Origin: Squalus acanthias
Taxonomy: Eukaryota
DNA length: 64,000 nucleotides
Direction: 5' to 3'
NCBI GenBank assembly: GCA_030390025.1
Contig: CM059431.1
Coordinates: 129,396,001 to 129,460,000, forward strand
Part shown: one piece after another, positions 47,989 to 60,175 of the stretch
How the letters are laid out: every line of letters starts with the position of its first letter
Position numbering within the stretch: the stretch's first letter is position 1
Translations under genes and position numbers: made by a program
Notes under the pieces: model-generated
What the model was told of the DNA's origin: nothing
Seen by the model: only the letters and a program-made list of their open reading frames with translations
Databases searched by the model: none

Positions 47989-50940
47989 TCATGTCCAAAT
48001 TCCTGCCCGCTCCCCGTAACCCTTAATGCCCTTTACTTCTAGGAAACTGTCTATTTCTGTTTTAAATTTAATTAATGTTGTAGCTTCTACAGCTTTTTGT
48101 GGCAGCATATTCCATGGACCTACCACCCTCTGAGTGAAGTAGTTCCTCCTCATCTCAGTTTTGAAAGAGCAGCCCCTTATTCTAAGACTATGTCCCCTAG
48201 TTCTCGTCTCACCCGTCATCGGGAACATCCTCCCCGCATCCACCCGATCCAACCCCTTCACAATCTTATATGTTTCAATAAGATCGCCTCTCATTCTTCT
48301 GAACTCCAATGAGTAGAGTCCCAATCTACCCAACCTCTCCTCATATGACCACCCCCTCATCCCCGGGATTAACCGAGTGAACCTTTTTTGCACTGCCTCG
48401 AGAGCAAGGATGTCTTTCCTTAAGTAAGGACACCAAAACTGTATGCAGTATTCCAGGTGCGGTCTCACCAATACCTTGTACAACTGAAGCAATACCTCCC
48501 TATTTTTATATTCTATCCCCCTAGCAATGAAAGCCAACATTCCATTTGCCTTCTTAATCACTTGCTGCACCTGCATACTAACCTTTTGAGTTTCGTGCAC
48601 CAGGACCCCCAGATCCCTTTGCACTTCAGTACTCTCCAGTTTCTTGCCATTAAGATAATAAATTGCTCTAGGATTTTTCCTGCCAAAGTGCATCACCTCA
48701 CACTTTCCAGTGTTGTATTCCATCTGCCAAATCTCTGCCCACTTACTTAGCCTGTCTATGTCCCCTTGCAGGTTTTTTATGTCCTCCTCACTCACTACTT
48801 TCCCTCCCATCTTTGTATCATCTGCAAATTTTGATATGTTACACTTGGTCCCTTCCTCCAAATCGTTAATATAGATTGTGAAGAGTTGGGGACCCAGCAC
48901 TGACCCCTGTGGAACACCACTAGTTACTGATTGCCAGTCTGAGAATGAACCATTTATCCCAACTCTTTGCTTTCTGTTAGATAGCCAATCCTCTATCCAT
49001 GCCAGAATATTACCCCCAATCCCGTGATTTTTTACCTTAAGCAATAATCTTTTGTGTGGCACCTTGTCAAATGCCTTTTGGAAGTCTAAATACACTACGT
49101 CCACTGGTTCCCCTTTATCCACTCTATATGTTACTTCCTCAAAGAACTCCAGCAAATTTGTCAAACATGACTTCCCCTTCGTAAAACCATGCTGACTTTG
49201 TCCTATTAAATTATGATTATCCAAATGTCCTGTTACTGTTTCCTTAATAATGGACTCCAAAATTTTACCTACCACAGATGTTAGGCTAACCGGTCTATAG
49301 TTACCAGCCTTCTGTCTACTGCCCTTTTTAAATAAGGGTGTTACATTAGCAGTTTTCCAGTCTGCCGGGACCTTAGCGGAATCCAGGGAGTTTTGAAAAA
49401 TTATTACCAATGCATCTACAATCCCTACCGCCACTTCCTTCAAGACTCTAGGATGTAAGCCATCAGGTCCAGGTGATTTATCCGCCTTGAGTCCCATTAT
49501 TTTACCGAGTACCACTTCCTTAGTGATTTTGATCGTGTTTAGCTCCTCTCCCCCTATAGCCCCCTGTTTGTCCAGTGTTGGGATATTCTTAGTGTCCTCT
49601 ACTGTAAAGACTGATACAAAATATTCATTCAGTGTTTTTGCCATCTCCATATTTCCCACCATTAATTTCCCGGTCTCATCCTCTAAGGGACCAACATTTA
49701 CTTTAGCCACCCTTTTTCTTTTTATATAACTATAAAAACTCTTACTATCTGTTTTTATATTTTTTGCTAATTTACTTTCATAATCTATCTTCCCTTTCTT
49801 AATCAATCTTTTTGTTATTTTTTGCTGCCTTTTAAAGTTTTCCCAATCCTCTGTCCTCCCACTAGATTTCGCTACCTTATATGCCCTTGTTTTTAGTCGA
49901 ATACTATCCTTAATTTCTTTACTTAGCCACGGATGACTGTCCTTTCTTTTACACCCTTTTCTTTTCAGTGGAATATATTTTTTTTGGAAGTTGTAAAATA
50001 ACTCCTTGAATGTACACCACTGATCATGTGTCGTCTTACCCTTTAATCTATTTTCCCAATCCACTCTACTCAATTCCGCTCGCATACCTTCATAGTCTCC
50101 TTTATTCAAGCTTAGCACGCTTGTTTGAGATCCAACCTTCTCACCCTCTAATTGAATATGGAATTCAACCATGTTATGGTCACTCATTCCAAGGGGATCC
50201 TTTACTAGGACATTTTTAATTAATCCTGTCTCGTTACACAGGACCAGATCTAAGGTTGCTTGCCCCCTGGTCGGTTCAGTTACATACTGCTCAAGAAACC
50301 CATCCCTAATACACTCAATGAACTCATCCTCAAGGCAGCCCTGCCCCATTTGATTTGTCCAATTAATATGATAGTTAAAATCCCCCATAATTATAGATGT
50401 TCCCTTATTATATGCCTCAACTATTTCCTGATTGATACTCCGTCCAATAGAGTTGCAACTGTTCGGAGGCCTATAGACTACGCCCACTAATGTTTTTTTC
50501 CCCTTATTATTCCTTATCTCCACCCAAACTGTTTCATTATCATGATTTTTTGACCCAATATCATTACTCTGTATTACAGTGATTCCTTCCTTTATTAACA
50601 TAGCCACCCCACCTCCCCTTCCTTCCTGCCTGTCCTTCCTGATCGTTAAATAACCTGGTATGTTTAATTCCCAGGCATTGTCACCCTGCAGCCATGTTTC
50701 TGTAATGGCCACAATATCATAACCATATGTAGTTATTTGTGCCATTAACTCGTCTATTTTGTTACGAATGCTACGTGCATTCAGATAGAGAACTTTCAAA
50801 TATGCTTTGTGGCACTTAGTTCCTGCTTTTTCACTTTTTACCAGTTTACCTTTTACTCCACACACTCTGTCCCTTCCTGCCACGCTCTGATTTGTGATTC
50901 CCCTACTGCTACCTATGTCTATGACCCTCTCTGTTGTCAT
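47989..50940 (-). CDS. CR1 ORF2: AP endonuclease and reverse transcriptase, 983 aa
   Basis: YLNARS, ITETWL, GDFN and SDH (APE); LDFQKAFDKV, GVPQGSVLGP and FADDTK (RT); no stops. Confidence 0.97.
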   Translation of the reverse strand: MTTERVIDIGSSRGITNQSVAGRDRVCGVKGKLVKSEKAGTKCHKAYLKVLYLNARSIRNKIDELMAQITTYGYDIVAITETWLQGDNAWELNIPGYLTIRKDRQEGRGGGVAMLIKEGITVIQSNDIGSKNHDNETVWVEIRNNKGKKTLVGVVYRPPNSCNSIGRSINQEIVEAYNKGTSIIMGDFNYHINWTNQMGQGCLEDEFIECIRDGFLEQYVTEPTRGQATLDLVLCNETGLIKNVLVKDPLGMSDHNMVEFHIQLEGEKVGSQTSVLSLNKGDYEGMRAELSRVDWENRLKGKTTHDQWCTFKELFYNFQKKYIPLKRKGCKRKDSHPWLSKEIKDSIRLKTRAYKVAKSSGRTEDWENFKRQQKITKRLIKKGKIDYESKLAKNIKTDSKSFYSYIKRKRVAKVNVGPLEDETGKLMVGNMEMAKTLNEYFVSVFTVEDTKNIPTLDKQGAIGGEELNTIKITKEVVLGKIMGLKADKSPGPDGLHPRVLKEVAVGIVDALVIIFQNSLDSAKVPADWKTANVTPLFKKGSRQKAGNYRPVSLTSVVGKILESIIKETVTGHLDNHNLIGQSQHGFTKGKSCLTNLLEFFEEVTYRVDKGEPVDVVYLDFQKAFDKVPHKRLLLKVKNHGIGGNILAWIEDWLSNRKQRVGINGSFSDWQSVTSGVPQGSVLGPQLFTIYINDLEEGTKCNISKFADDTKMGGKVVSEEDIKNLQGDIDRLSKWAEIWQMEYNTGKCEVMHFGRKNPRAIYYLNGKKLESTEVQRDLGVLVHETQKVSMQVQQVIKKANGMLAFIARGIEYKNREVLLQLYKVLVRPHLEYCIQFWCPYLRKDILALEAVQKRFTRLIPGMRGWSYEERLGRLGLYSLEFRRMRGDLIETYKIVKGLDRVDAGRMFPMTGETRTRGHSLRIRGCSFKTEMRRNYFTQRVVGPWNMLPQKAVEATTLIKFKTEIDSFLEVKGIKGYGERAGIWT

Positions 50941-50978
50941 TTTTATTTTTTGCTCTCTTGAAACCTCCCCCCCACTAA

Positions 50979-51521
50979 TTAGTTTAAAGCCCTCTCCACA
51001 GCCCTAGTTATTCGATTCGCCAGGACACTAGTCCCAGCACTGGCCAAGTGAAGTCCGTCCCAACGGAACAGCTCTCTCCTGCCCCAGTACTGGTGCCAGT
51101 GTCCCAAGAAGCAAAACCCATTTTTCCCACACCAGTCTTTGAGCCACGCATTCAACTCCCTGATTTTATTTACCCTAGCCAAATTTGCTCGTGGCTCAGG
51201 TAGTAATCCAGAGATTATTACCCTCGAGGTTCTGCTTTTTAATTTGGCCCCTAGCTGCTCAAACTCCCTCAGCAGAACCTCTTTCCTTGTCCTATCTATG
51301 TCATTGGTACCAACATGGACCACGACAACTGGATCCTCCCCCTCCCACTCCAAGTTTCTCTCCAGCCCAGAGGAGATGTCCTTAACCCTGGCACCGGGCA
51401 GGCAACACAGCCTTCGGGACTCTCGCTCTTGGCTGCAAAGAACCCTATCTATCCCCCTAATGATACTATCCCCTACCACTACAACATTTCTTTTTACTCC
51501 CCCCACTTGAATGGCCCCCCT
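50979..51521 (-). CDS. CR1 ORF1 SGNH/GDSL esterase domain (5'-truncated)
   Basis: VVGDS, PGA, HVGTND and DGLH blocks in order. Confidence 0.93.
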   Translation of the reverse strand, partial: RGAIQVGGVKRNVVVVGDSIIRGIDRVLCSQERESRRLCCLPGARVKDISSGLERNLEWEGEDPVVVVHVGTNDIDRTRKEVLLREFEQLGAKLKSRTSRVIISGLLPEPRANLARVNKIRELNAWLKDWCGKNGFCFLGHWHQYWGRRELFRWDGLHLASAGTSVLANRITRAVERALN

Positions 51522-52250
51522 GGAGGCTGGAGGAGCATCGGTGGGGGAATGGTTGGGGGCCAGAGGATGATCGGAGCCACAGGATCGGGGCCAGAGGAGC
51601 ATTGGTAGTGGGTGTGATTGAGAGCTGGAGGACGATCGGGGGCCGGAGGAGCATTGGGCGGCGTTGGTCGTGAGCCGGAGGACGATCAGGGGCTGGAGGG
51701 ACATTGCGGGGGGAAGGTTGGAGGCCAGAGGAGCATCAGGGCTGGAGAGGGGAGGCCGGGAAATCGATCGGGGGCCGGACGGGGTCGGTCGGAGGCAGGA
51801 GGGGTGATTGGAGGCATCAGGAGTGGAGGTCAGGGGTGTTCGAAAGCCTTGGGGAAAGGGGAGGATGGTGGGAGATCAGAGGCCTCGGGGGGGGGGGGGT
51901 GTCCAATCATGGGGGGTGGATGAGGCAGGGAAGCTGGATCCAGGAGGTAAGATCCAGCAGTCCTCGCGATCCTTCAGTTGGTGGGTGCCCCGAGGCCCGG
52001 GAAACCCAACCAGCCAGAGTTAAATTTGTAATGGTGGATCGTTATGATATTTAAATGTACGACCTGCCTCCTGGGAGCAGGTTGGCTGCCCATTCCCTGT
52101 CCCACCTCTGTTAAAACCGGAAGTGGGCGGGTTGGAGGCGGGTTGGGGTCGGGATTCCATTTTTTAACTCTTTAACCTCCCACCCGACCCCATCCCACCC
52201 GTTTCTGGGGGTTAAAATTCCCCCCACCAGTTAGTTTTTTAATCTGATAT

Positions 52251-53274
52251 AAAAGCAAAATGCAGCGGATGCTGGAAATCTGAAATAAAAACAGAAAATG
52301 CTGGAAATCCTCAGCAGGTCAGGCAGCATCTGTGGCGAGAGAAACAAAGCTAATGGCCGGAATTTTCTGCTAAAAAGAACGGGTGGGTATGGCGCGTGGG
52401 GACAGTTAAATTGTTAAAAATGGGATTCCCGACCTGATCCTGCCTCCAACCCGCCCACTTCCGGTTTTAACGGAGGCGGGATGGGGGGTGCGGGATCGGG
52501 GGGGCCAGACAACCAACCGCTCCCAGGGGGCGGAACATCAATTTAAATATCATAATGAGGCTGGCAGCCACTTTTTAAAACTCTTTTTTGAATTTAATTG
52601 CATGTGGACGGGTTTCACCCAATTCATGAAACCCGGCAGTTAAAGCAAGACGGGGAATGCTGAATCCAGGAGGTAAATGCTTTTATACCTACTTCCTGGA
52701 TCCAGGGTCCCTGCCTAACCCACTCCCCGCGATGGGAAAACCCACCACGAGGCCTCCCCACCCCCCCACCCCACCGATAATGAAGGTGGCCGGCATTGAT
52801 CCTCTCTCCCCACCTCGCTGATCCCCAGCTGAAGCCCCACCCCCGGCCGATTCCCGATCCCCAGCCGACACCGCCCCACCCCCGCAGATCCTCCAGCCGA
52901 CACCCTCTCCCCGCCGACCCCCCCGATCCCTGGCCGACCCCCCCGATCCCTGGCTGACCCCCTGATCCCTGGCCGACCCCCCCGATCCCTGGCTGACCCC
53001 CTGATCCCTGGCTGACCCCCCTGCTCCCCGACCGACCCCCCTCCCCATCCTTCCCCTGGACCGACCCCTCTCTCCCTCTCTGCATCTGCAGACCTACCCG
53101 CCCGGACCCAGCCAGCCTCTCAATCTGGCTGGCAGTGGGCGGGAAACCGAGGCCTCACATGCAAATCAGGCCCTGCCATTAAAGTCAGCAAGGCCTGTGG
53201 GATTCCCGGCTCCCAACCCGTCTACCACCAGAAAATTCTGGCCAATGTTTCAGGTCGATGACCTTGCGTCAGAA
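52251..53274 (-). mobile_element. Short Penelope pseudo-LTR insertion (about 130 bp native) split by a MITE
   Basis: 14-bp TSD ttttaatctgatat (52237-52250, 53275-53288); sequence matches 27727-27855, including a mutated hammerhead. Confidence 0.85.
52355..53243. mobile_element. Harbinger-type MITE (889 bp) with C-rich tandem core
   Basis: TIRs ggccggaattttctg / cagaaaattctggcc; AAT TSD (52352-52354, 53244-53246); about 20-bp cccccgatccctggcygac repeats at 52915-53020. Confidence 0.92.
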
Positions 53275-53342
53275 TTTTAATCTGATATGCCAGACTTCAA
53301 ATCAACATTACCAATTCCTGACAGCCATATGAATCAAAACAT

Positions 53343-54648
53343 GGGGGCAATTTTAACCCTATCTTCCCAGAGAAACCGGCTGGGTGGATAGTTAAAATCA
53401 GCGAGGTCACTTACCCACCCTGGAGCCATCTGGAGCTGACCTGCCACTCTTTTAACCTGCTCCACCGAGCAGGATGCAAGAACACCCACCCAAAGCCAGT
53501 GCGCTCCTTTTTAACATCTGAACCTGTGTGCAACTTTTACTGGGAGGCCTGAGCGGGAGGTGGCACTGAGTTTCCTGCCAGGGCAACCCAGCGCAGAAGT
53601 GGATCGGGGACAGAAGACACCCACAAAGTTTAGTTTAAATCTGTTTCATCTCGTGGGGCCAGGAGGAGCAGAAGTGTTTCTCTGGGCCCCACAAGGAAAT
53701 CTGATGCCTCCCCTTCTGTGATCTCGCACACCACACACCCGCACCCCCTCCCGACCCCCCACGGGACAGCACAGCAACAGACCCTGTGCACATAACAGCT
53801 CAGTGGATGGCCTCTGGGCCAAGTAAATATACAACACTTCCAGTCAGGAATGGGTGGGAATTTGGCCGGCAGCATTTGAGTGAGGCCCATGAGTTAATAT
53901 ACCCTGGGGCTCTTTTTGTGGCAGTGGGTGAGTTACAAACTGACATCAAGGCCTGGATATCAACAGGGGCAGGTTACGTAGGCGGGGGGGGGGGGCAGAC
54001 TTTCGGACGGGAAACCCGGAAGTCTGGGTTTCCCTGCATGTTGTGGAATTTTAGCTCCACAGCGTACGTCTTTTGTCATTGACAGATTCCCTGCCCAGAA
54101 GTCAGCCTGATTGACAGGCTTGGCGTCCAGTCAGGTGGGGAGGACTCCGGAGCAGGCCGCAAGAGCAGGTAGGTCTGATTCACAACCCGGGGGAGGTGTC
54201 CGATCCCGGAAGGGTGGGTTCGATCCCCGACCCCGGGAAAGGGTACAATCCCAGGGGTCTTTGTATGAAGGAAGTCTGATGGGGGAGGGTGCTTGTGGTG
54301 CTGGGGGGAAGCACTCCTGCTCCTCCATGCCCACAAGCAGGGCTGCAAAGGCACTTACCTTTTCCCCGAAGCTGTCCTCACCTCCCTTGAGCTGCCAGGT
54401 TTCCAGAGGCCTGGGTAACCCGGCCGCCCGCTGTAAAACCTGCAAAGCAGGTTAAATCAGAGGCTGCCAGCCTCATTAAAATATTTAAATTGCCAACCCA
54501 CCTCCTGGGAATGGGTTGGCTGCCTGGCCCTTGCTCCGCCTCCGTTAAATCCGGAAGTGGGCGGGTTAGGATTGGGTTTCAGATTTTTTCAATTTGAACA
54601 TCTGTCCCGACCCCAACCCACCTGTTTTTGGATGTTAAAATTCAGCCC
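53343..54648. mobile_element. MITE-like TIR element(s), possibly composite
   Basis: Ends gggggcaattttaac / gttaaaattcagccc; right arm matches 51990-52225. Confidence 0.65.
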
Positions 54649-55569
54649 CAAAATTCACCTGCCAAAAACTGACCCCCAGTTAAATTCAGGGCCATTATTT
54701 TGCAGTATTAATACTGTTTACTCTTCTGTTGATATCACATTGCTTCACTTGATGACAGTGATTTTTGTGGAAAAGGAGTTACTTGGCAATTCTACTGAAA
54801 CATTGGGCTGCAATGTTCATTTTTATTTTCATTCCAATGATGAAGACAAGCCTGAAATCAGTGCTCCTGTGAAGGGTCATAAAAATTCTTTCATTAAGTG
54901 AGACAGCAGACTGCACTTTGTCTGAGCAGTTTCAATTCCTTCAATTGGCTTATTTTGTGACATGCAGTATTGATTCTGGTTACTCCAATAACAGCTTGAA
55001 ACTTTATAAATTGTACTTCCAGGTTTCAAAGACTGAAAGATAGAATCTGGCAATATAATATTTCACATAGATGAAGTTAACTGTCTCGTTGCATGTTGTC
55101 TGCTTAGCCACGAATAGGAAAACCTCTGACATGTATTCACTTAAATCAATATGATGTTGTTTCTCAGCCAATTTGACTTAATTGCATGTAACATAAATCA
55201 TGGCACCAAAAATTCACAGGGCCATTTTGCTGGTGTTGTACCCCAGAGCTGAAATCCATCTACCAATCACCTGCAGCACTGACCCCCACACCAGAGAATG
55301 TCGAATCAGCTCAGCTCATTTAAGTACTGATTAGTATTTCACCAGTGCATGTACCACAGGAGTATCACACTGGGGAGGGGATGGAAATTTGTATGGCAGG
55401 CCTCTAAACAGGCTGGAGGAGCAGCAGGTAGCACCGAACATCCTGCAAGACTGAAGTAACTGTCAGGTATATGTCATAGAAGGCTCATGTGAGATTTTGG
55501 GGCATATTTGAAGCATGTTTTCAAGTGGAAGACCTGCATTAGAAAGAATAAAGCAGATACTGGAAGGAG

Positions 55570-55790
55570 GCAAAGAAGAAGAGCACATAATTTTACTGAG
55601 AAAAAACTAAAGACATTGCTGGACTAAATGCAGCAAAGGAGAGAGACGGCTGGGTGCCCATGAGAGGAGACCTCAGAAAAGTATCTCATGACATGTGGAG
55701 TGGGGTGGCACTGAGTTCCAGATCTCTCAATCCAGAAGTGTAGACTAGTATTGCAAGATGTTCAATGACCTGATGAGGACAGGCAAGGTA
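55570..55790 (+). pseudogene. Old Myb/SANT exon remnant
   Basis: RAHNFTEKKLKTLL...YCKMFNDLMRTGK followed by gt; contains stops. Confidence 0.6.
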
Positions 55791-55922
55791 CTAGACTTGC
55801 CATTGTTCCTTTTCTTCCTTGGGCATCATGGGCATCAGCACACTATTCACAATTTGAAATGATTCGAAGCACAAGTAGCCCGTCACACTGCACTGTGGTT
55901 AAGGGGATCACTAACTTACAAT

Positions 55923-57489
55923 GGCCCGGAATTTACGGTCCCCGTGATGGCATACGCTCAGCGTACGCTGTCGTAAGCCTTCTGAAAGGCCCCGCAAGTT
56001 CTGGGTTTCCATATGCGCTGCGCATGCACGAAAACCCAGAACTTGCGATCTGTCAAGGTACGCCTCGACAGTTCATTCGAACATAGAATCAGAGAATCAT
56101 AGAAAGTTACAGCACGGAAGGAGGCCATTTCAGCCCATCGGTTCCGCGCCGGCCAACAAAGAGCTATCCAGCCTAATCCCACTTCCCAGCTCTTGGTCCG
56201 TAACCCTGCAGGTTAGAGCATCCCAAGTGCACATCCAAGTACTTTTTAAATGTGGTTAGGGTTCCTGCTTCTACCACCCTTTCAGGCAGTGAGTTCCAGA
56301 CCCCCGCAACCGTCTGGGTGAAGAAATTTCCCCTCAAATTCCCTCTAAACCTTCCACCAATTATTTTAAATCTGTGCCCCCTGGTTTTTGACCCCTCTGC
56401 TAAGGGAAATAGGTCCTTTCTATCCACTTTATCTAGGCCCCTCATAATTTTATACAGCCCAATAAGATCTCCCCTCAGCCTCCTCTGTTCCAAGGAAACA
56501 GACCCAGCCTATTCAGTCTTTCCTCATAGCTAAGATTCTCTACTCCCGGCAACATCCTTGTAAATCTCCTCTGTACCCTCTCCAGTGCAATCACATCTTT
56601 CATGTAATGTGGTGACCAGAACTGCACGCAGTACTCTAGCTGAGGCCTAACTAGTGTTTCATACAGTTGAAGCATAACCCCCCTGCTCTTGTATTCTATG
56701 CCACGGCTAATAAAAGCAAGCATTCCGTATGCCTTCTTCACCATCTTATCTGCCTGGCCTGCTACCTTCAGGGATCTGTGGACATGCACTCCAAGGTCCC
56801 TTTGTTCCTCTACACTACTCAGTGTCCTACCATTTAATGTGTATTCCTTTCCTTGTTAGCCCTCCCCAAATGCATTACCTCACACTTCCCTGGATTAAAT
56901 TCCATTTGCCAAGTAGAAATTCACTTTCGCTGGCGCAGAGATGGGCTATTTGCCCAACTACTGTCCAGCAATTGCCCACGAAACTCTTACAGCTGGTAAA
57001 AGCAGGCATGGGGCCTGCTTTCACCAGCGTAAGGGTTAATATAAATCTTAAATTAAAAAGTTAAAAATAAAAAATGATGCCCAAATACTTAAAATTAGTT
57101 TATACAAATATTGGCCCAGATTAAAATGTTTAAAATTATTTTTCAAAAGATTAAATTTTTATTGTATTTGCTGTAATGGAGGGACTTTTAATTAAATTTG
57201 AAAATCAGAACATTTATTTTTATTACAGTTGTCTAAATTGTTTAATTATTTGAGGATTCCAGTAAGGGTTTATGGGGCTTCCGTTCATAAATGGAATCCT
57301 CCTTTCTCATTGGAGGATCTGGCCCACGTGATCCCAGAGACACTGCCGAACTGTCTGCGTCCCTGGGATCCGTGGGCCTTTACGCAGGTGTACACCTGCA
57401 GGCCCAGAACCTGAACTCTCCATAGCTTTGGAGCCAGCAGGTAAGTTCATAGATCTTTCGCGGGTCGGAGGCGTACATAATTCAGGGCC
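55923..57489. mobile_element. MITE with AT-rich core (related to 42273-43016), interrupted by CR1
   Basis: Ends ggcccggaatttacg / cataattcagggcc; imperfect TSD aat/att; shared gcgcatgc and cacgtgatccca motifs. Confidence 0.7.
56080..56910 (-). mobile_element. CR1 LINE 3' fragment
   Basis: LVRPQLEYCVQFWSPH and RRLRGDLI...FFTQ; ttctatga tail. Confidence 0.95.
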
Positions 57490-60175
57490 ATTATGTTTTG
57501 CCGTCTCCCCTGCTTGCAAGCATCACTTTAACAGAGTGATACCAGATCTATAACTTTGGCTGCCTGATGCCATCTAGGGAACAATCCTCAAATATCAGCC
57601 AACACCTAATGTACTCGGTCGTTACATGGAATATACATCACAGAAACAGGCCATCCCATGCCGGGATCTTGTTACAGGAGAAATTTGTGCACTATGCCCA
57701 TGAAAGGAAGGGGACTTGTGGGGCATCCTAGACATTAGATAACTCATGCCCTATGAGGAGCAGGCCATAGAGGTGCTGGGGAGGCATGCTGGTACTTAGA
57801 ACCTCTTACTGTGGGTGGGAGATAAAATATCTCTGTGATCTCACAGACACACAGCCTGTTACAGGAAAGTAAAGCTCTGTCCAGCTAGAAAGCAAAACAA
57901 AATGCTGCAACATTTTTTTTAGATCCAATAATCAGTGCTCAAAGTTTCTTCAGTCTTTAAGCTCCAAAATAATTCACTTTTGCCAGTCCTGGCCACAGGT
58001 ATGTCTCATTCAAATCATTCTAAGTCATCCCTACTGTATTGTGCCATTGCCATAGGTCCTCAGTTAAATGCATTTAAATGAGTGGAGAATCAGCAGGCAA
58101 TTCGGAGAAGGCCTCAATGGAGATTATAGATTGGATTGCTGCCATTAGTGGGGTGGAAACCATCAAAAATGGGTCCTGCAGGTACCTATAATAGCGCCTC
58201 AGAAATGCCCGAAAAAAGTGAGTCTTTCAGGACTAATATTCTCACTGCAGGAAAATTTTCTACTATCGGTTGTCTCATTATTGCCTTCCAAAAACAGTTC
58301 CATTTTATGCCCAATGACAAGTCAGCATTGCTTTTCTAATTGATCTTTTCTGAGAAGAGAACATGTGGTAAACTGTTTCCTTCTATATATAGCTGCATGG
58401 ATCATATGAAGTCATTTCTTCAGTTAATTTGTGAGAAAACTGCAGGCTACTAATGTAAAAGTTCATCCCTTTACCTACCTAGTAACAGTGACTGCTGTTC
58501 GTTAAGTAATTTCATTGGCATTTTGAGACATCTGAGGATAAGATAAGGCATGACATAAATGCAAGTTCCTCTTGTCTCTTTGAAGCAACATATTGGCACT
58601 ACCAAACACTTGAAATACACTCTCCATAAGAACATTGATTAGTATTCGCACCTGATAAATGATGATCCTTCCTCTCAACTATGCTGAAACAAAGTTTGAA
58701 GCATGATTCACTGTTCAATAAGAAATAGGTACCAACAGTGTCGTGTCCTTTGATACTATTTAACTCTTTTTGGACATCAGCTAAATAAGTAGATGCCAGT
58801 ATTTTATCAACAGTCCGGTGAGATTTCCGGGGCATATTTGGACCTCATCGTGCCATTTTTTGCGTGCAGAATGGAGGCAAAATCACCAGTTTAGCGAGGC
58901 TCTATCCCACGCCCAAACGGTACCAGAAGTACATCTGACACCCTATTGAGTCAGGTGATATCTAGGCATCCCTGATGGCCACCTGAAACAGGCATTAGGC
59001 CCCTTACATATACTAATGAGCCTGTTTCACGACCCTGTTCCTAAATTCGGCAGCACCGCCGGGAGTTCTTCTGTGGCCAAACCAGCACTCCTTCAAGGGA
59101 CTGCTGGAGGTAGCCAATCAATCTCAAATGGTGAGCTGTTAGTTTTTACTTGGCTTAATGTTTAGCCAGTAGGAGTAGGACTGCTCCTCCTGATTCCATA
59201 GCAATGCCGTGGCCCACTGCTGGCCTATGCTTGCCCCCCTCCTGTTCACTTCCCAACCCCTGCCAGGACCTACCTGAGAGCCACCGCCAGCGTTGCAGCC
59301 AACCTGAATAGGTATCCAGCAAACTGGCGAGCTGCCTCAGGAGGCCCGATTGGCATTCACAATTCACCAGAATGAATTAGATGAGGCCGAATCCCAATTT
59401 TGGACAAGGCTCGGGCTTGCTGCTTCTGACCTAAACCAATTACTTCCCCTTCCTTCTTTGACAATGTCTGTGCCACCTATTCAGATTTAGAACCTGGTTT
59501 CTTCACCTGGAGCCATCACTGGTTCATGTCCTGGTCATCAAACTTGATGATGATGGTATTTTATCTCCAGAACTTCTCACCGACTGACGCAAGACACTTG
59601 AAGCAGGCTATGTCTTATTTTATATGTCCAGAATTTTTTTTATATTGCTGCCTGTGGCTGGTAATGATCTGTGATGGTCTTTGAGCTTGTAGAATATATA
59701 TTTTTGTTGCTTATCATGTTGATTTTTTTGTGAAACTTGAAAATCTTCTATTTGAATTGCTGCTAAACCTGGCAGATTGAAAACAATCAACATTTCAGTG
59801 ATGGTAGTACGTTTGGGGGAGAAATTCGGTGTCGCCCCATTTGGGGCACAATTATCGGCCAGGCACAAAGTTTAGCGCCTGGCACTAATTATCGCCTCCA
59901 ACTGCAAACTTGGCTTCTATCGACCCTGGAGGTGATTGGAGCGCTAAATCAGACGCTACACACCTCTCTTAAGGTGCTAACGCCGAGGAGCAAGGTGCTA
60001 CCTCAGAGCGCGGGCGAAGCTCAGGTGATGTCAGTTAGCAAAGGGACACAGATACACTGGCGCCAACCTGTTCTTAAAGGGGAGGGTTGATCTTGCTCTC
60101 CAGCCACACCCTGCTCATTGCAGCCTTGAATCTTGGCCTGGACAGACCTGAAATTGAATTCTGCTGGAAAGAAGA

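Larger units (their letters stand above)
47746..51522 (-). mobile_element. Young CR1 LINE, 5'-truncated within ORF1
   Basis: ORF1 esterase, intact ORF2, 3'UTR and (ttcttatg)n tail. Confidence 0.97.
47372..52225 (+). mobile_element. TIR element with G-rich core, split by the CR1 insertion
   Basis: Ends gccggaattttaa / ttaaaattcccccc; G-rich gatcggg repeats continue on both sides of the CR1 (47570-47745, 51525-51920). Confidence 0.7.

Noticed and set aside
47730..51540. TSD for the young CR1
   Set aside because: ctggagg occurs on both sides but belongs to the host repeat and is not flush with the element ends.
51522..51704. N-terminal extension of CR1 ORF1
   Set aside because: Derived from the flanking G-rich repeat, has a non-ATG start, and is in frame by chance.
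54557..54901. Possible host coding exon (also 58599-58835)
   Set aside because: No recognisable domain or convincing splice pair; cannot be supported without homology or RNA data.
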